A stretch of DNA of 63,085 nucleotides, counting the filler, from Diploschistes diacapsis (Eukaryota): NCBI GenBank assembly GCA_023645945.1. It is 5 parts of 5 records of this genome, joined end to end, with 100 filler letters (N's around TTAATTAATTAA, not from the genome) between each part and the next. Parts side by side here need not be neighbours in the genome. Positions count along the whole stretch, not along the records: positions 12,654 to 25,202 come from JALAIB010000729.1; positions 25,303 to 37,849 come from JALAIB010000730.1; 3 more parts are not named here. One strand, 5' to 3'. Below, one piece after another: positions 12,832 to 25,929 of the stretch (position 1 is the first letter of the stretch; every line of letters starts with the position of its first letter). Below the pieces are notes generated by a model. The model made no database searches and was not told where the DNA came from. It saw nothing but the letters and a program-made list of their open reading frames with translations. The position numbers were made by a program, and so were the translations under genes.

Positions 12832-14010
12832 CTACTTTTTCTTGGCGATGTTTTTCTCCTTCGAACTGTCCTTTCCATTAGCATCGGCCTCCTTGCCCTC
12901 CTTGCTCTCCCCATTGGCGGCGCCGTTGGCCTTCTTTCCGTCCTTGCCCTCTTTGCCCTCCTTTTCTTCCTCCTTCTTAGCATCCTTCTCTTCTTGCGCT
13001 TGCCTGTTCTGTATCTTGTTCTCAATTAGATCATGGAAAGCCGTGATGGCTCTTATCAAGCTACTCAAGTAGATGGTCATGAGTTGATCGTTAGTCTTGA
13101 TACTCATTGCTCGCGCGAGCTCGTTGCTGTCTGTGGTGGCTGCATCATTTGCACTACCGGAGACGGGTGTTGTTAGATTAGGTAGGAGGTTGAAAACGTC
13201 CTGTAGGTTGCCCATAATCGCGTGGTTCACGGGAAGCTCGCCGTCTAGGACCTTCTGGAGGTACTGGCCAATATCCCTTAACCGCAAATGCAGGCCTTGT
13301 AATGACTGCAATTGCGAAGTTATTCTCGTTGATAGCGTTCCGACGGCTACATCCCTTATATCTCGTAACAAATGCTCAACCCCTATCTCTTCAGCTTCCT
13401 CGGCCTCGATTATAGATGGTGTGTGGACAAAGGTCTTTGTGGTGGTTGTGCCGTCCTAACAGAACATTAGCGCTAGCAAACACAGCACAATATCCTACTG
13501 ACATCCTTGATCTCCTCCACAGCAAAGTAAGCGTCTGTTGGGACGCCGACTTCCTTCGGTTGAACGTCGATAATCACCAGTAGTGGGTTCGGCGTATATC
13601 TCTTGAAAAGCTCGTTGATCTCTAGGTCCGAGGCCCGCAACTTGGGTCCTGTGTGGTACCAGCCTATCAGTTTCTCCCGGGCATTGATTTGCTTGAACAT
13701 GTTGTTCATGTTTTCCACAAAGTTATGGTCCAGGAACCACACGGACGGGTCCCTCTCATCCTCTTCAAAAGGTACTGTGCGGTATTATTAGCCTTCGGCC
13801 ATTCGAGAAGTCCCGAGCCTACACACCAGCAAAGCTGTTTGACACTCTCACGTTCTTGCTGTTATTCTGGCCGAGCAAGATGCCAACCACCCTTTTCCGG
13901 GTACCTTTTGCCTGCCTTCCAAAATGATCGGCTGCAGATAGAAGGACTAGCGGCGCAACTGATACGTTACGTGTGACGAGAGAAAGCGTTTCTGCTGTAG
14001 TGGCGGGCAT
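12832..14010 (-). CDS. RPN8: 26S proteasome lid subunit Rpn8 (MPN domain), 3 exons
   Basis: [87 protein letters not shown]. Confidence 0.97.
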
Positions 14011-14490
14011 ATTGAGCATAGAACGGCCTGCTCAGGGCCTGGCGCTGCTGCTGGTGACTTTGGGATTACTATGTAGTGTAAGAGCAGCGATCGGCTTCTC
14101 TGAGCTGTAAGTGCGATAAAGTACGGTTGGCTATTTGCTTAACAAGCCTGAGTGGACGGCTGTGTTAAAATAAATATTCCGAGATGTGTCAGTTCTCTAT
14201 TGCAGCTCACTAAAGGATATCTCTTTTGCGCCTCAAAAGGTTCGTCAGAATATATACATTGGCTCTTCCCAAGATCGGCAACAGACACGTCCGTAACATA
14301 CCGCGGGCTAACGGGAAGCTTGGGGATGAGCTCCGGTCTTGGCACAACTCCGCCTGAGCTTTGCTACCGACCTCTTCCATCTGCCCCCAAACCTCACATC
14401 TTGTCCATTCTACTTCTCTGTCTCTATCCCTGAGCCTGCGTCCAGTCATCTCACACTTTGCCCTCTTCATAGTTCGAGTCGCCGCGCATA

Positions 14491-15489
<999 letters not shown>

Positions 15490-15930
15490 GCCTCACCTCA
15501 AAGTTCCTCGATATGTGGCGACAAAGGTAGAGCGAAAGTAGACCTCTTGTCCAGTTGTATTGCTGCCCCTCGCATCAGCAGGTGCATACTCGTCCGCCCG
15601 GACGGCAGGTCTGGGCGTTCAAAAGCCGTCAAATGGGGTGTGCTGTTTGGGCAGAGATCGCTGCCAAAAAGAAAACTGGGTGGTGGATCATGTACCGGAG
15701 GGTAATCTGTACATAGTCTTTTACACCATTGGCCATGTACAAAAGGGGTGGATGTGGAAAAAAAAGAGCAAAATCTGCACTCAAATTCAACCAAACCACA
15801 TTTTATTATGATGCCTACTCCCTCTTCGATATCTCCTCACAAGTTACCGCCACTCAGGTTCTACCGAATTGCTCGAAAGACCCAGAAGTCATTTCCAACG
15901 AAGTAGTCCAAGCACACATCACCTCACCAC

Positions 15931-17304
15931 TTACCAATGCGGAATAGGATAGTCCAGTGTCTCCAGTTTCTCCGGATACACCAGTCCGTTCTGCCTCCTC
16001 ACCTCATCCATAACCCTCATAATCACCACGCTCTCCTCCCAACCCAGCGTCTCGCTCTCCAGCTTCCCCTCCTTGATGCACCTTGCCACCTCATCCGCCT
16101 CGTACATGAACCCCCTTCCCCCACCCGGCATCTCCACCACGTGCTCTTCCACCAGACTCCTCCCCTTGCCCTCCGACGCCACCGCCGCGTTCCGCACGAT
16201 CCGCCACGTCGTCGGCCGGTACGCCGGGTGGTCCACCTGGATCTCGCCCTTGGTGCCCTGGATGCGGATGGCGGCGCCCGCGCTGCCGCGCCCGTCCGGG
16301 TCGGCGGCCACGCGCAGGTTCGTGGTTGCGATGCCGTGGGCGTAAGGCGCGCCGGCGGGGCCGGATGGGAAGGAGAGGAGGATGGAGGTCATCTCGTCGG
16401 CGCCCGTCTTGGGGTATTTGGTGATGAGGCTTTGGACGGACGTCGGGGCCTTGCGCTGCGAGGCGGGGAGGGTGTGGTAGAGGGTTTGGAAGACCCAGGT
16501 TAGGGAGTAGATGCCCACTGAGTCGCTGGTAGGTTAGCTCCGGGACTTTCCGCTTTTGAGTTGGAAGGGAAGGGAAGGGAAGGGAAGGGGGAATGGGGGC
16601 CGGCTTACAATCGAGTAGTGCCCCGCCAGCCAGATCCATGTTGACCATCCGATGCGTTGTGCCGAAGTCCTTCTCTACATCCTTGCACAGGCTCAGATCC
16701 GCAAACGTCCTGTGCACCTTTCCTATCTCCCCCGCTTCGATCGCCTTCCTTATCTGGATGCTCAGTGGGAAGTACCGTGTCCACACGGCCTCCATGAGGA
16801 AAAGCTTCTTTTCCCGCGCAACCTGCACCAGCTTCTCCGTCTGCGCCGCGTTCACGGTGAACGCCTTCTCGCATAGCACATGCTTGCCGTGTTCTAGGCA
16901 CAGCATCACGTTCTGATAGTGGTGGCTGTGCGGCGTCGCAACGTAGATGGCGTCCACGTTCGAGTCGGCGGCCAGGTCTTGATAGTTACCGTAGGCTTTT
17001 GCGGAGGACGGGCACCTCATTCCCTGAAGGAATTCCGAGGCGCGAGAGGAGCCGTTGCTCGAGGCTGCTGCCACGACTGTGTGAGCGACATCGGTGACGC
17101 CGCGCGTTGCAGGGTCGATTTGGATGTCTGTCACAAATTCTGTATGATTTGAGTCAGATCGAAATTTGGGCGCGAGAAAGACAATTGGGAAACCAACGTT
17201 CGGCGATCCAACCAGTTGCTGCCCATTCTTAGTGAAGCTTATAAAATCTTGACGTGAAGATGGGACATGCCTAGGATACCCCAACGTATAGTATGCGGAG
17301 CCAT
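15931..17304 (-). CDS. Gfo/Idh/MocA oxidoreductase (dihydrodiol / D-xylose dehydrogenase-like)
   Basis: MAPHTIRWGILATGWIA (first intron GC-AG, 17219-17270), YVATPHSHH, VLCEKAF, FLMEAVWTRYFP, GGALLD..GIY, GTKGEI, YEADEVARC. Confidence 0.93.
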
Positions 17305-17893
17305 GACGCAGGTTTAAAGCGTTTTAACTACTTGAAATATCCGTCTTGTATAATGGTGCGGAGGACCGTTGATTGCCGGCTAAGAATTTCTCATCAATAC
17401 AGACGTCTTCAGGGAACGTTATGAATTGAACATGTCTGGGGAGCCCATTATATGGCTCTTCCTCCATGACGCTATCAGTTGTTCAACTCGACTTCATTGG
17501 CGGGGCAAAACGTGGGGGATCTCCTAATACAATTCCTCAAAGAGGCAGCTGAAGCAAAGCCCACGAAGTATAGATTTTATGAAGCGTCTCCCATCAAGGA
17601 TTGGTCCAAGCATCGGCTTGTATCGGAAGAATTTCACGAAGCAAGGCGTGAAACGGATAGAATCAGGTATCAAAATTATATTGATGAACCGCTTTTCTAA
17701 ACTGTGGTGTATCCTGAACGATCTGAGACCTCTAGAGGTTCTCAACAGAGTCACTTGGGTATACTGCAAGGCAAATCAATGCGCACGGCTCATGCTTGCA
17801 CCGCGCTATGCAACACAGAACAAAAGAGAAGAAAAAACAGAGACGCAACTTCTACGAGTTGCTAAGGGATATGGCGCAAATAAGGAGCATACC

Positions 17894-20132
17894 TTATCCA
17901 CCGCCTTCCTTGAGAGCTTTGGCTGGCGATGGGTTGAGAGGATTGGCCGTTTCCTGGATCTGTTAGCACTCGGAAATCAGTCATGGAGCGATCGTAATGT
18001 CAACCCACCTCAGCTTTCCGTTTACCAAGAACAGAATCTGGTGTCGATACTCGAGGGGTATTGGATCCATCCTTTTTGAATTCAGCGTAGCAACTGGCGT
18101 GATATACGCGACCTCCGATCTTGACGGCATCCTTCCAAACGAAATCCTGGATTTCCTCGTTGTGGGAAACTTCAAATTTCTCCTGACAAATCGGACAAGG
18201 CATGCTTGCCAAGGTATTGTCACTAGGCACAGGAATATATTTATTTTTCGGGTCATCCTTGCGAGCTGCATCCGCCATTGACACCAGCCCATCTTTGCCT
18301 GTAGAGGGTGACTCGTCTCCAATCTCATCTCCATTTTCTCTAAACTTAGTCCATTCCTAAAACAAATCAGTACTTGCATGAATCATAAAGGCCCAATACT
18401 CACAATTTCGTCCACATACCAGCTTCTACTCAGACCACGCTGTGCAGACTCCACCAAACGCTGATTAGTATGAAAATGCCAGTCCAGATGTTTAGCTTTC
18501 CTTGACCGACCTTCTTCCGTTGCGAGGAATCGTTTTCCGCATGTAAGGCACTGGTTCGGTCGCGCTTCATAGAGTTTCGATACCAGATGCGGCCTCGGTC
18601 TACCCACGTTAGTAAACCACGAAAGCATACGAATGGGCTATCTCACATCTTCAGTGCAGCCGAATTAAGCTCGACGTGATCGGGATTACTTGGCTTACTA
18701 GGGTTTGTAGCAACTTGGCGAAGGAGGTCGGAGAGATTCACCGGCTGCGGCTGTGATGGCGGTGCTTGAGGAGTTGAGACCGGAGGCGTAGAAGTAATAC
18801 TAGTGCTTCCATTCCCACTATCCTTCAAAAGGCCAATTGCCCTTAATCGAGCAAGTAGAGGATTGCCCGTTGGTGCGGTAGATGCCTGTGCTGAGAACTG
18901 AGGTGGAGGGATTGGCGGCAATGATGGTGTCTGACCATTGGGTTGCGGCTGCATGTTTCTTTGAACAGAGGCAAGAAGATTAGCTAAGCTAGTAGATGGC
19001 GGTTGGAAGGGCTGCGGTTCTGGTGTCGGCTGTAGAGGTACGACCAAAGGTGGCGGCGCATACTGCGTCTGTGCTGGGGTATTGTATGACATGGGAGGCA
19101 TTCCAGCTACAGCGGATGGCATGGGGCTCTGCATTGAATTCTGTAGGGGCATAGGCGCAGCGGCTGGCATTTGGGGTCTTGAGCTCATCTGAAGATCCTT
19201 CACTTGATCACGAACAGCTTGAAGAGCTTCTGGTGCTAATTGCTGGTGCCTCAAGAGAGTTTGCAAGTCTACCAACGCCTTGAGCCTGGTTTGAAGCTCC
19301 GTATTACTAATATCTCGTACAAAGTCTTCTTTAGTACGGGCAATTAGATCTTCAATGTCTCTGTGCAGATAGTCCAGGTTGAAAGAAGACGCTTGAGTAG
19401 GATACTGCGGCACTGGTGGCCGCATCTGGTACTGCACTGGCGTTTGTGGCGGAGCATATTGGGAGATTTGGGGGTGCGGAGAGTGTGTCTGTCGACAAAC
19501 TTTAATATCATTACAGAGAACCGGCTCAGGAAACTTACACCAGTGTTGTGCCCATTGGCTTGTGGATAGCCCTGTGGTGTCGGTGGGGGATATCTAGTGA
19601 CATTCTGAGGGGGAGTTGGCGTACTTCGCCACTGTGTTGGGGCTGTAGCGCCAGGGGCGCGTCTTTGAAAAAGTTCTTGCTGAGCTCTTTGCTGTTGCTG
19701 CTCCGCCTGCAGCATTCGAGTCCGTGCTTGAATGAGGGCGTTTTCGATCTTCCTGGTAATCTCAACGGGAAAAACAGGCCTGGAGTCAATAGAGCCAGGC
19801 ACTGGACTCCGCCAGGTTTTCAGCATCTCATCCAGTTTCTTTCTCGTATTGCGATCCACAGTACTGTAGGCGTCCATGAAAGTGGAATACAGCCGATGAC
19901 CAAGGAACAGCGTGTAGGGGGTTCCGATATTCTTCGCGATGGAGTCAAGAACATAAAGTGCCGGAAGCTTATGGTCAGGCCGGGCTTTGCCGATATGTTC
20001 TATAAGCGCATTACATATTTCACTCGCAGATTCCGTATTTTCTCGAGCTATGACTGTATAGTTGTTGATTGCATATTTGTCGTTGGTAGTGAGGAATTCC
20101 AAGGAAGACTTGAAATCCTCTGCAACCTCCAT
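17894..20132 (-). CDS. PCF11: mRNA cleavage/polyadenylation factor Pcf11
   Basis: N-terminal CID (KLPALYVLDSIAKN), zinc fingers CLTCGKRF..HLDWHF and CPICQEKF..YHASC, SRSWYVDE. Four canonical introns. Confidence 0.95.
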
Positions 20133-20367
20133 CTTGACAGACGTTGTCGTTGTCACCTTGTATATTTCAAAATCAAGTTGTTGCTGCCCGTTTGATCACG
20201 GATAAATAAAGACAGCGTCTGCAAGCGGACTAGTGTCATATCGACTTACTCATATATGACTCAGCACACTCCTTGTCCAATCCTACTGCGTCATTCACAA
20301 CTGACTACATAACAGTGTATCAGAGAAGCAATAAACCTATAGCTGAATCAATATCCGCTTCCTTACA

Positions 20368-20812
20368 ATGAGTTTCATTTCCTACACCCTTCTCGTATTG
20401 CTCACCGTTGTCCTCGCCATGGGAGATCAACAAAAGCAATTTATGATTTCGTTTGAGAAAGATACACCTAACTGGGTGATCGACGAATCAAAGTCGGCAG
20501 TAGTGGCTGCTGTATGCCTCTAGTTGTTCTTCATCATGCCCCCAATGCTAATGACAATCTCTCAGGGGGGCTTTATTTTACATGAATTTTGTATGTTCTG
20601 TCCGTACTCCCGATACCTGCTTTGACTGATTTCTCTAGCACTAATAAGGCATTTCTACCCTCTCTACAAGCCCGCTTGAATCACCGACTGACTCTGTCTA
20701 CAGAGGCTTCGCAGCTTTGGCGACGGAGGACATTATGGATAATGTGAGCACATTGTCTGCCGATCATCAACCAACCGTGGAGGAGGACCAAACCGTTTCG
20801 ATAAACGCATGA
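20368..20812 (+). CDS. Small secreted protease propeptide/inhibitor I9-like protein (4 exons; absent from the ORF track)
   Basis: Spliced product MSFISYTLLVLLTVVLAMGDQQKQFMISFEKDTPNWVIDESKSAVVAAGGFILHEFSLIRGFAALATEDIMDNVSTLSADHQPTVEEDQTVSINA. Signal peptide plus GGxIxHxF...GF...VEEDQxV pattern. Confidence 0.85.
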
Positions 20813-21507
20813 AAAACCAGTCTCGTATGTGAGCTAGTGGTATTCGATGGATATATATTCCTGAATCTGAAATATAAAGTGTGGATGACAAAGTGCAACA
20901 ACCAGGAAAGCTGCTAGAAGAGTATGTCTGCACTGCGCAGGGCTCGCATGATATAATAGGATCTTCCCTGTATAAGTTAATGAGCTTCAACTGGTGTATT
21001 TTTTATATACCTCGTATATTGCTTATATCCAATTCCATTCATGGTAGCGCCCCCTGATTCTTCCCAAATATAGTGCTCGTGGCGGTTAACCGACAATGTC
21101 AACCTTCGGCACACGTCCGCACTACGGTGCACACTCACTCTAAAAGCTTTGTAATTGTCATCTCAACAAAACGAATCTCGAACATAATCCAAGTAATGAG
21201 GCAGATATCAGACTAGCTCTTTCTGGATATAGAAACGCATGGGTCTTTTGGCCGGCTTGGGCGCAGAAATACTCCGAGACGCGAAATTGCAATGCTTCTT
21301 TATTGAACAATGCTATGTTTAACAATAATTAACACAATGCCCGTGACGCAGCTTTTTGTCTTGTTCCTATGAACGACATTTGTTTTCAGCTTGACAATGA
21401 GCTTCTCTCGGTGTTGTTATTCTACATTAAGCAAGTCGAGGCCCCGAGGATCATGACAGGATTACTGCAACCGATAGCTACTGATACTATTTCCAACATT
21501 CATCATC

Positions 21508-24430
21508 ATGGATTCTGCGGCTGGTGTCCGCCTATCTCCAGAGGGTAGTGCGTTGGTCGAATGGTTCAACTATCTCCCACCTACTGGCGCGCGGAGGGTC
21601 ACCATTGATGATTTGTCGGATGGTAGTAAGATCTGGAAGGCATTACAACAACTCGATCCGGACTTCTTTTCGAGTCCACTTCCTGAAGAAGCTGTCCGAG
21701 GCACAGGACGATGGTTGAGTGCTTGGGGCAATCTCAAGCACATTTACAAGCATTTAGCGGACTATGTCGAGCATAATGGCGGACGACTACCAACCGGGCC
21801 TGGATCGGTAGACCTTAAGAAGATCGCAAAGGGTGGAGAACCTGAAGAGACTATCAAGGCACGTCTTAGGAATGAAGATTCCAAGCAGGACGAAACTGAC
21901 TATTCCGTACAGCTGCTCCAGCTGCTTCTATTCACAGCTATCAACGCTAAGGAGAATGAAGACTTTATAGGCGCGATTATGAACGTCCCTCAAGAGAAGC
22001 AGCTCCTCCTTCATGCCGCTATCGTCGAGTTACAAAACGATTCTCAAACAGAGGAAGGGGCGGCAACGACGAAACCAGATTCCCACGATAAAGACTTGTT
22101 TTATGAAGAACAGGTTGGTCGCCTAACGCAGGAGAGCAACCGCCTGGCACGAGAAAAGCGGGACTTACAGCGGGATTTAAGAGACGCACATGAGAGGAAT
22201 AGCAGGCTCCAAGAGCACAATGGTTCGTTGCAAGAGAAGCTGACAGCTGCCGAAGAAAAACTCGAGGATTCGGCGGAGAATGTCGGACAATCCTTTTTGA
22301 AGGAAATTGAGGGCAAGGTCCATCAGCAAGAAGAGCTCATCGCGAACCAGGAAACCCAACTCGCTGACGCCCAACGCATGATCGATAATCTCAGGTCCGA
22401 GAGCAGCAAGTTCCGAGCCTCGCACGAAAAGTACCAACCACTACAGGACGAACTTGATGAGCTTAGGTCGGAGCGAGATCAGCTCGCTCGCAAAGCAAAT
22501 GCAATTGACAAGTACAAACAAAAGCTACAAACCATGCAGGACACAGAAAAAGAGAACAACCATTTGCGGAACGCACTCGAAGAATCTCGCGAGCTCAATC
22601 AAGAAGGTAACAAGGCTCTTGACCGAGTCAAGGTGCTGCAAACGACGATCGACGAATACAAAAAGGTCATTCCAACTATTGAGCAGGAGCTCCACGAGCA
22701 ACGTATGATCAGGAAGCAAAGTGACTATCGTGCTGAAGAGATCGGCAAACGACTATCAGAGGCTAACGATCAGTATCAAAAGGATCAGGCTCAAATTAGC
22801 GAACTAATTGCACAGCTTGAGTCCGGAGCAGGTCGTGGAGAGGGCAGTATCTTGGAGAACGAGCTGACCAAGGACTCAATCGAAGAGAACGAGTTAGTGG
22901 CCAAGTGCACCCTTGCATGGAGTCGTATGGCTTATCTCGCTAGATTCGCCGATATCAAGACCCAGAACGAACAGCTCATGAAGACTACCAACGAGCGGGA
23001 AGGGAGAATTGCTATGCTAGAATCGATGTTGGCTGTTGCTAAGCAACGGAACGCCAACCTTGAGGAGCAGATTGACGAAGCCCTTAGGAAGCCTAATGAC
23101 CGGTTCGATAGTTTTCCTAACCTTCTTCCCGGCCCAAGCTACTGTGCTGATTCGCCCTCTAGAGATGGCACTCGAAAGGATGCTGATAAGCTCGAGCTTG
23201 AAAAGGAGAGGGCCGTGTTCCAACGCCAGCTCGAAGAGCAAGCACAAAAAGGCAAGCAATACACCAATTTCACGGCTGTTATGGAAGCAATGGCTGAGAC
23301 TGGTGATATTGTAGTGATCAATAGGACCGATCTCCGAAGACTACAAGAAAACCAAGGTGCCGTCGACGAGCTCAGAGCCAAGGGTGCAGAAAACGCGGAA
23401 TTGCAGCGACGCATCAAAGACCTCGAGACTCAAGTTAACCAGCACCAAGCAATGCTTAGCGACACGATCAAGGGGCCAGGCGCTGAAGGCACACTCAAGC
23501 TTATTGAGGCAGCCACAAAGGATGATGCTTCGCAGAAGGCTGACAAGCAGGATGCGGGCACATACATTTCTATGCTTCTTGAGGACCTTATGAAGGGGCA
23601 ACAAACGCTGCAGGAGCGAGCCGAGGTGAGCAGTCATTTTTTCGAAGAGCTTGTCCTCACGCCCCCTGTACCCTCTCATGTTCGCCCAAAATTCCCTGTT
23701 CTCCCTATTGGCTCAGGCTCCCTGCCCTCTACCTTTTCTCATACTGCTTCTTCTGAGAAAACCTCCATTTCATCAGCCCCTAGCCGGGCTCACACCCGCC
23801 GCTCGTGGCTACCGTCCACCTCTTCTCATCATCCTTTATTCAAGAAGTCCTCCATTACATCAATCCCCAGCGGGACTTATCCGCGTCACTCGTGGCAACC
23901 ATCTACCTCTTCTCATCACTCTTATTCCACGCGGCCTCCAAACTCATCGACCCCTAATCATACCTGCACACATGGCGCGTGGCTACCAAGCTTCAAGCGC
24001 ACAGCACGCTAACAATCAAACCAACACAGCAAAACTCGCGCCTGGAGCGCGAGGTCCACGAGCTAAAGGAACAAATAGCCCAAATGCGGGCCGCGCCCGG
24101 CATCATGAAGGCCTCGGAACAGGTACGTCGCACCCGAGCGCCGCGCCGCGGGCAGTGTTGCTGTCCAATCGGCACTAGCAAACGTGCGCTTCGCGGCGCA
24201 GCGCGCTTGATGGCCGACCGCAAGGCTAACGAATAACCCAGCTCGCGATGAAGCAGGAGCTGGACGTGCTCCGGCGCGAGAACCACCTCATGAGCACCGC
24301 TTACTACGACCTCTCAAGCCGACTGCAGCTCAACAACGTCTCGCTGCAGCGGCGTAGCGAACCGCACAAGAGCTGGCTTAACCGGCAGAGGCAGCTGGTT
24401 AGTCAAGCTACGGCTGTGAGGAGTAGGTAG
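21508..24430 (+). CDS. hookA: Hook family dynein adaptor (HookA/Hok1-like)
   Basis: N-terminal Hook domain (ALVEWFN..DLSDG..LDPDFF..NLKHIY), long coiled coil, C-terminal RENHLMSTAYYDLSSRLQ..SWLNRQR. Several in-frame introns. Confidence 0.88.
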
Positions 24431-25202
24431 GGAAGTAAGAAAAAAGTTGTTGTTGGGGAGGTGTACACACATCCGGAGACGGGGGAGTATACTTCTCGAA
24501 GGGATAGGCTGGGTAAAGCGTGTATAATTGTTTTTGTTTTTTTTGCATAGATGCATTTTTCATGTATAGGGGCATGACGACGGCGCATTGGTTGGTAACC
24601 GGCACGGCACGGCACGGCATGGCATGGCTTTGAGGAGCAGGATTTTGATATTTTAGATACCCCCCATCAGTACCTGTGTATTTTCAGCTTGTTTTTCCAT
24701 CTACTTTTAACTTTTTTTTTTTTTGAAACGGTCGAGGACTAGTCGTGGTCATCTGTTGCTCCGCGGTATACGATTAGCTGCTCTATCCACACCCTCGTAC
24801 TGTCCCCATTTTTTTTTACTGTGGAGATGGGCGGGCTCTTTCGGATTGTAGATTCGTCATTCAACAAAGGGCTACGTGTTGCCTCGGTGTCAAGTATCTT
24901 TTCCTGACGAGGCACGGTATCTCGACGAAGAACTCGTTTTCGGATGCACAGGTTTGCATTCGAGCTCGTTCATCGCTGCATGTTCTGTTCCGCACTATGT
25001 AATCCCGTTGCAGGGAGCATCGGCTCGCCCTGGAACCCACCGAAGCCTGCTTTCGAAACGGAGCCATCGTGCGACAATCAAAAAAACGCACTCTCGCGTA
25101 GCAAAGCACATTCAGGGCGTGCCCGGCAAACAGGAGGTGCGCAAAGCCACCCACGAGTCCCTCCTCCCCTAGCCTAGTCAACCCGTCCCCTCACCAGTCG
25201 CC

Positions 25203-25302
25203 NNNNNNNNNNNNNNNNNNNNNNNNNNNNNNNNNNNNNNNNNNNNTTAATTAATTAANNNNNNNNNNNNNNNNNNNNNNNNNNNNNNNNNNNNNNNNNN
25301 NN
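25203..25302. other. Artificial contig linker
   Basis: 44 N + TTAATTAATTAA + 44 N. Confidence 0.99.
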
Positions 25303-25929
25303 GGGGGGGGGAGGTATCTGGTTCTGTATGCTTGTGGCTGTCTGGCTGTATCGGGGTTGGGTGGAAGAGGGTTTTGTTGTTATGATGAGATGAATAGAGA
25401 TGGATGAGACGTGATGGGGACGAGCGGGCACATGGTAGCATGATAGCGGGGTTAGCTTTTTCGGTCGGCTCAGCAGTTTATTTTGCATATCTGGCCAGGG
25501 TGGGAGAGCAAATATGGCAACATTAAGTACTTTGCTTGCCGACGGGGCATTTACTAATCGGAGTCATGGTGTAATGATGAGGGATGTCGCTGACGACGGA
25601 ATGGGGATGCTTCCAAAGATATATAGACTACAAGATATCACCCAACAGACAACAGCAAGTGATGGTATCCCTTCCATTGCGTTGCTATGGACTGGTGGTA
25701 GTTGATCGCTACAGATAAGCCATTGTCTAGTAAGAGCCCAGACCACCCAAGCCTTGGAAAACCGCTGCTACTGACTTTTGCCCTCAGCAGACAAGAACCT
25801 TTCTTCAAACACCGTTCCCCATGGAAACCATAGAACGCTTCGTTCAAGAGCGCATCGAATGCCAGCGACTCCGAGCTCGAATGCCATCACCCCCAAGCTC
25901 AAAAGCTCAAAAGCCTCGCCTCCGTAAGC

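Noticed and set aside
14011..14490. Rpn4/PACE element in the RPN8-ADK1 divergent promoter
   Set aside because: No clear GGTGGCAAA match found by eye.
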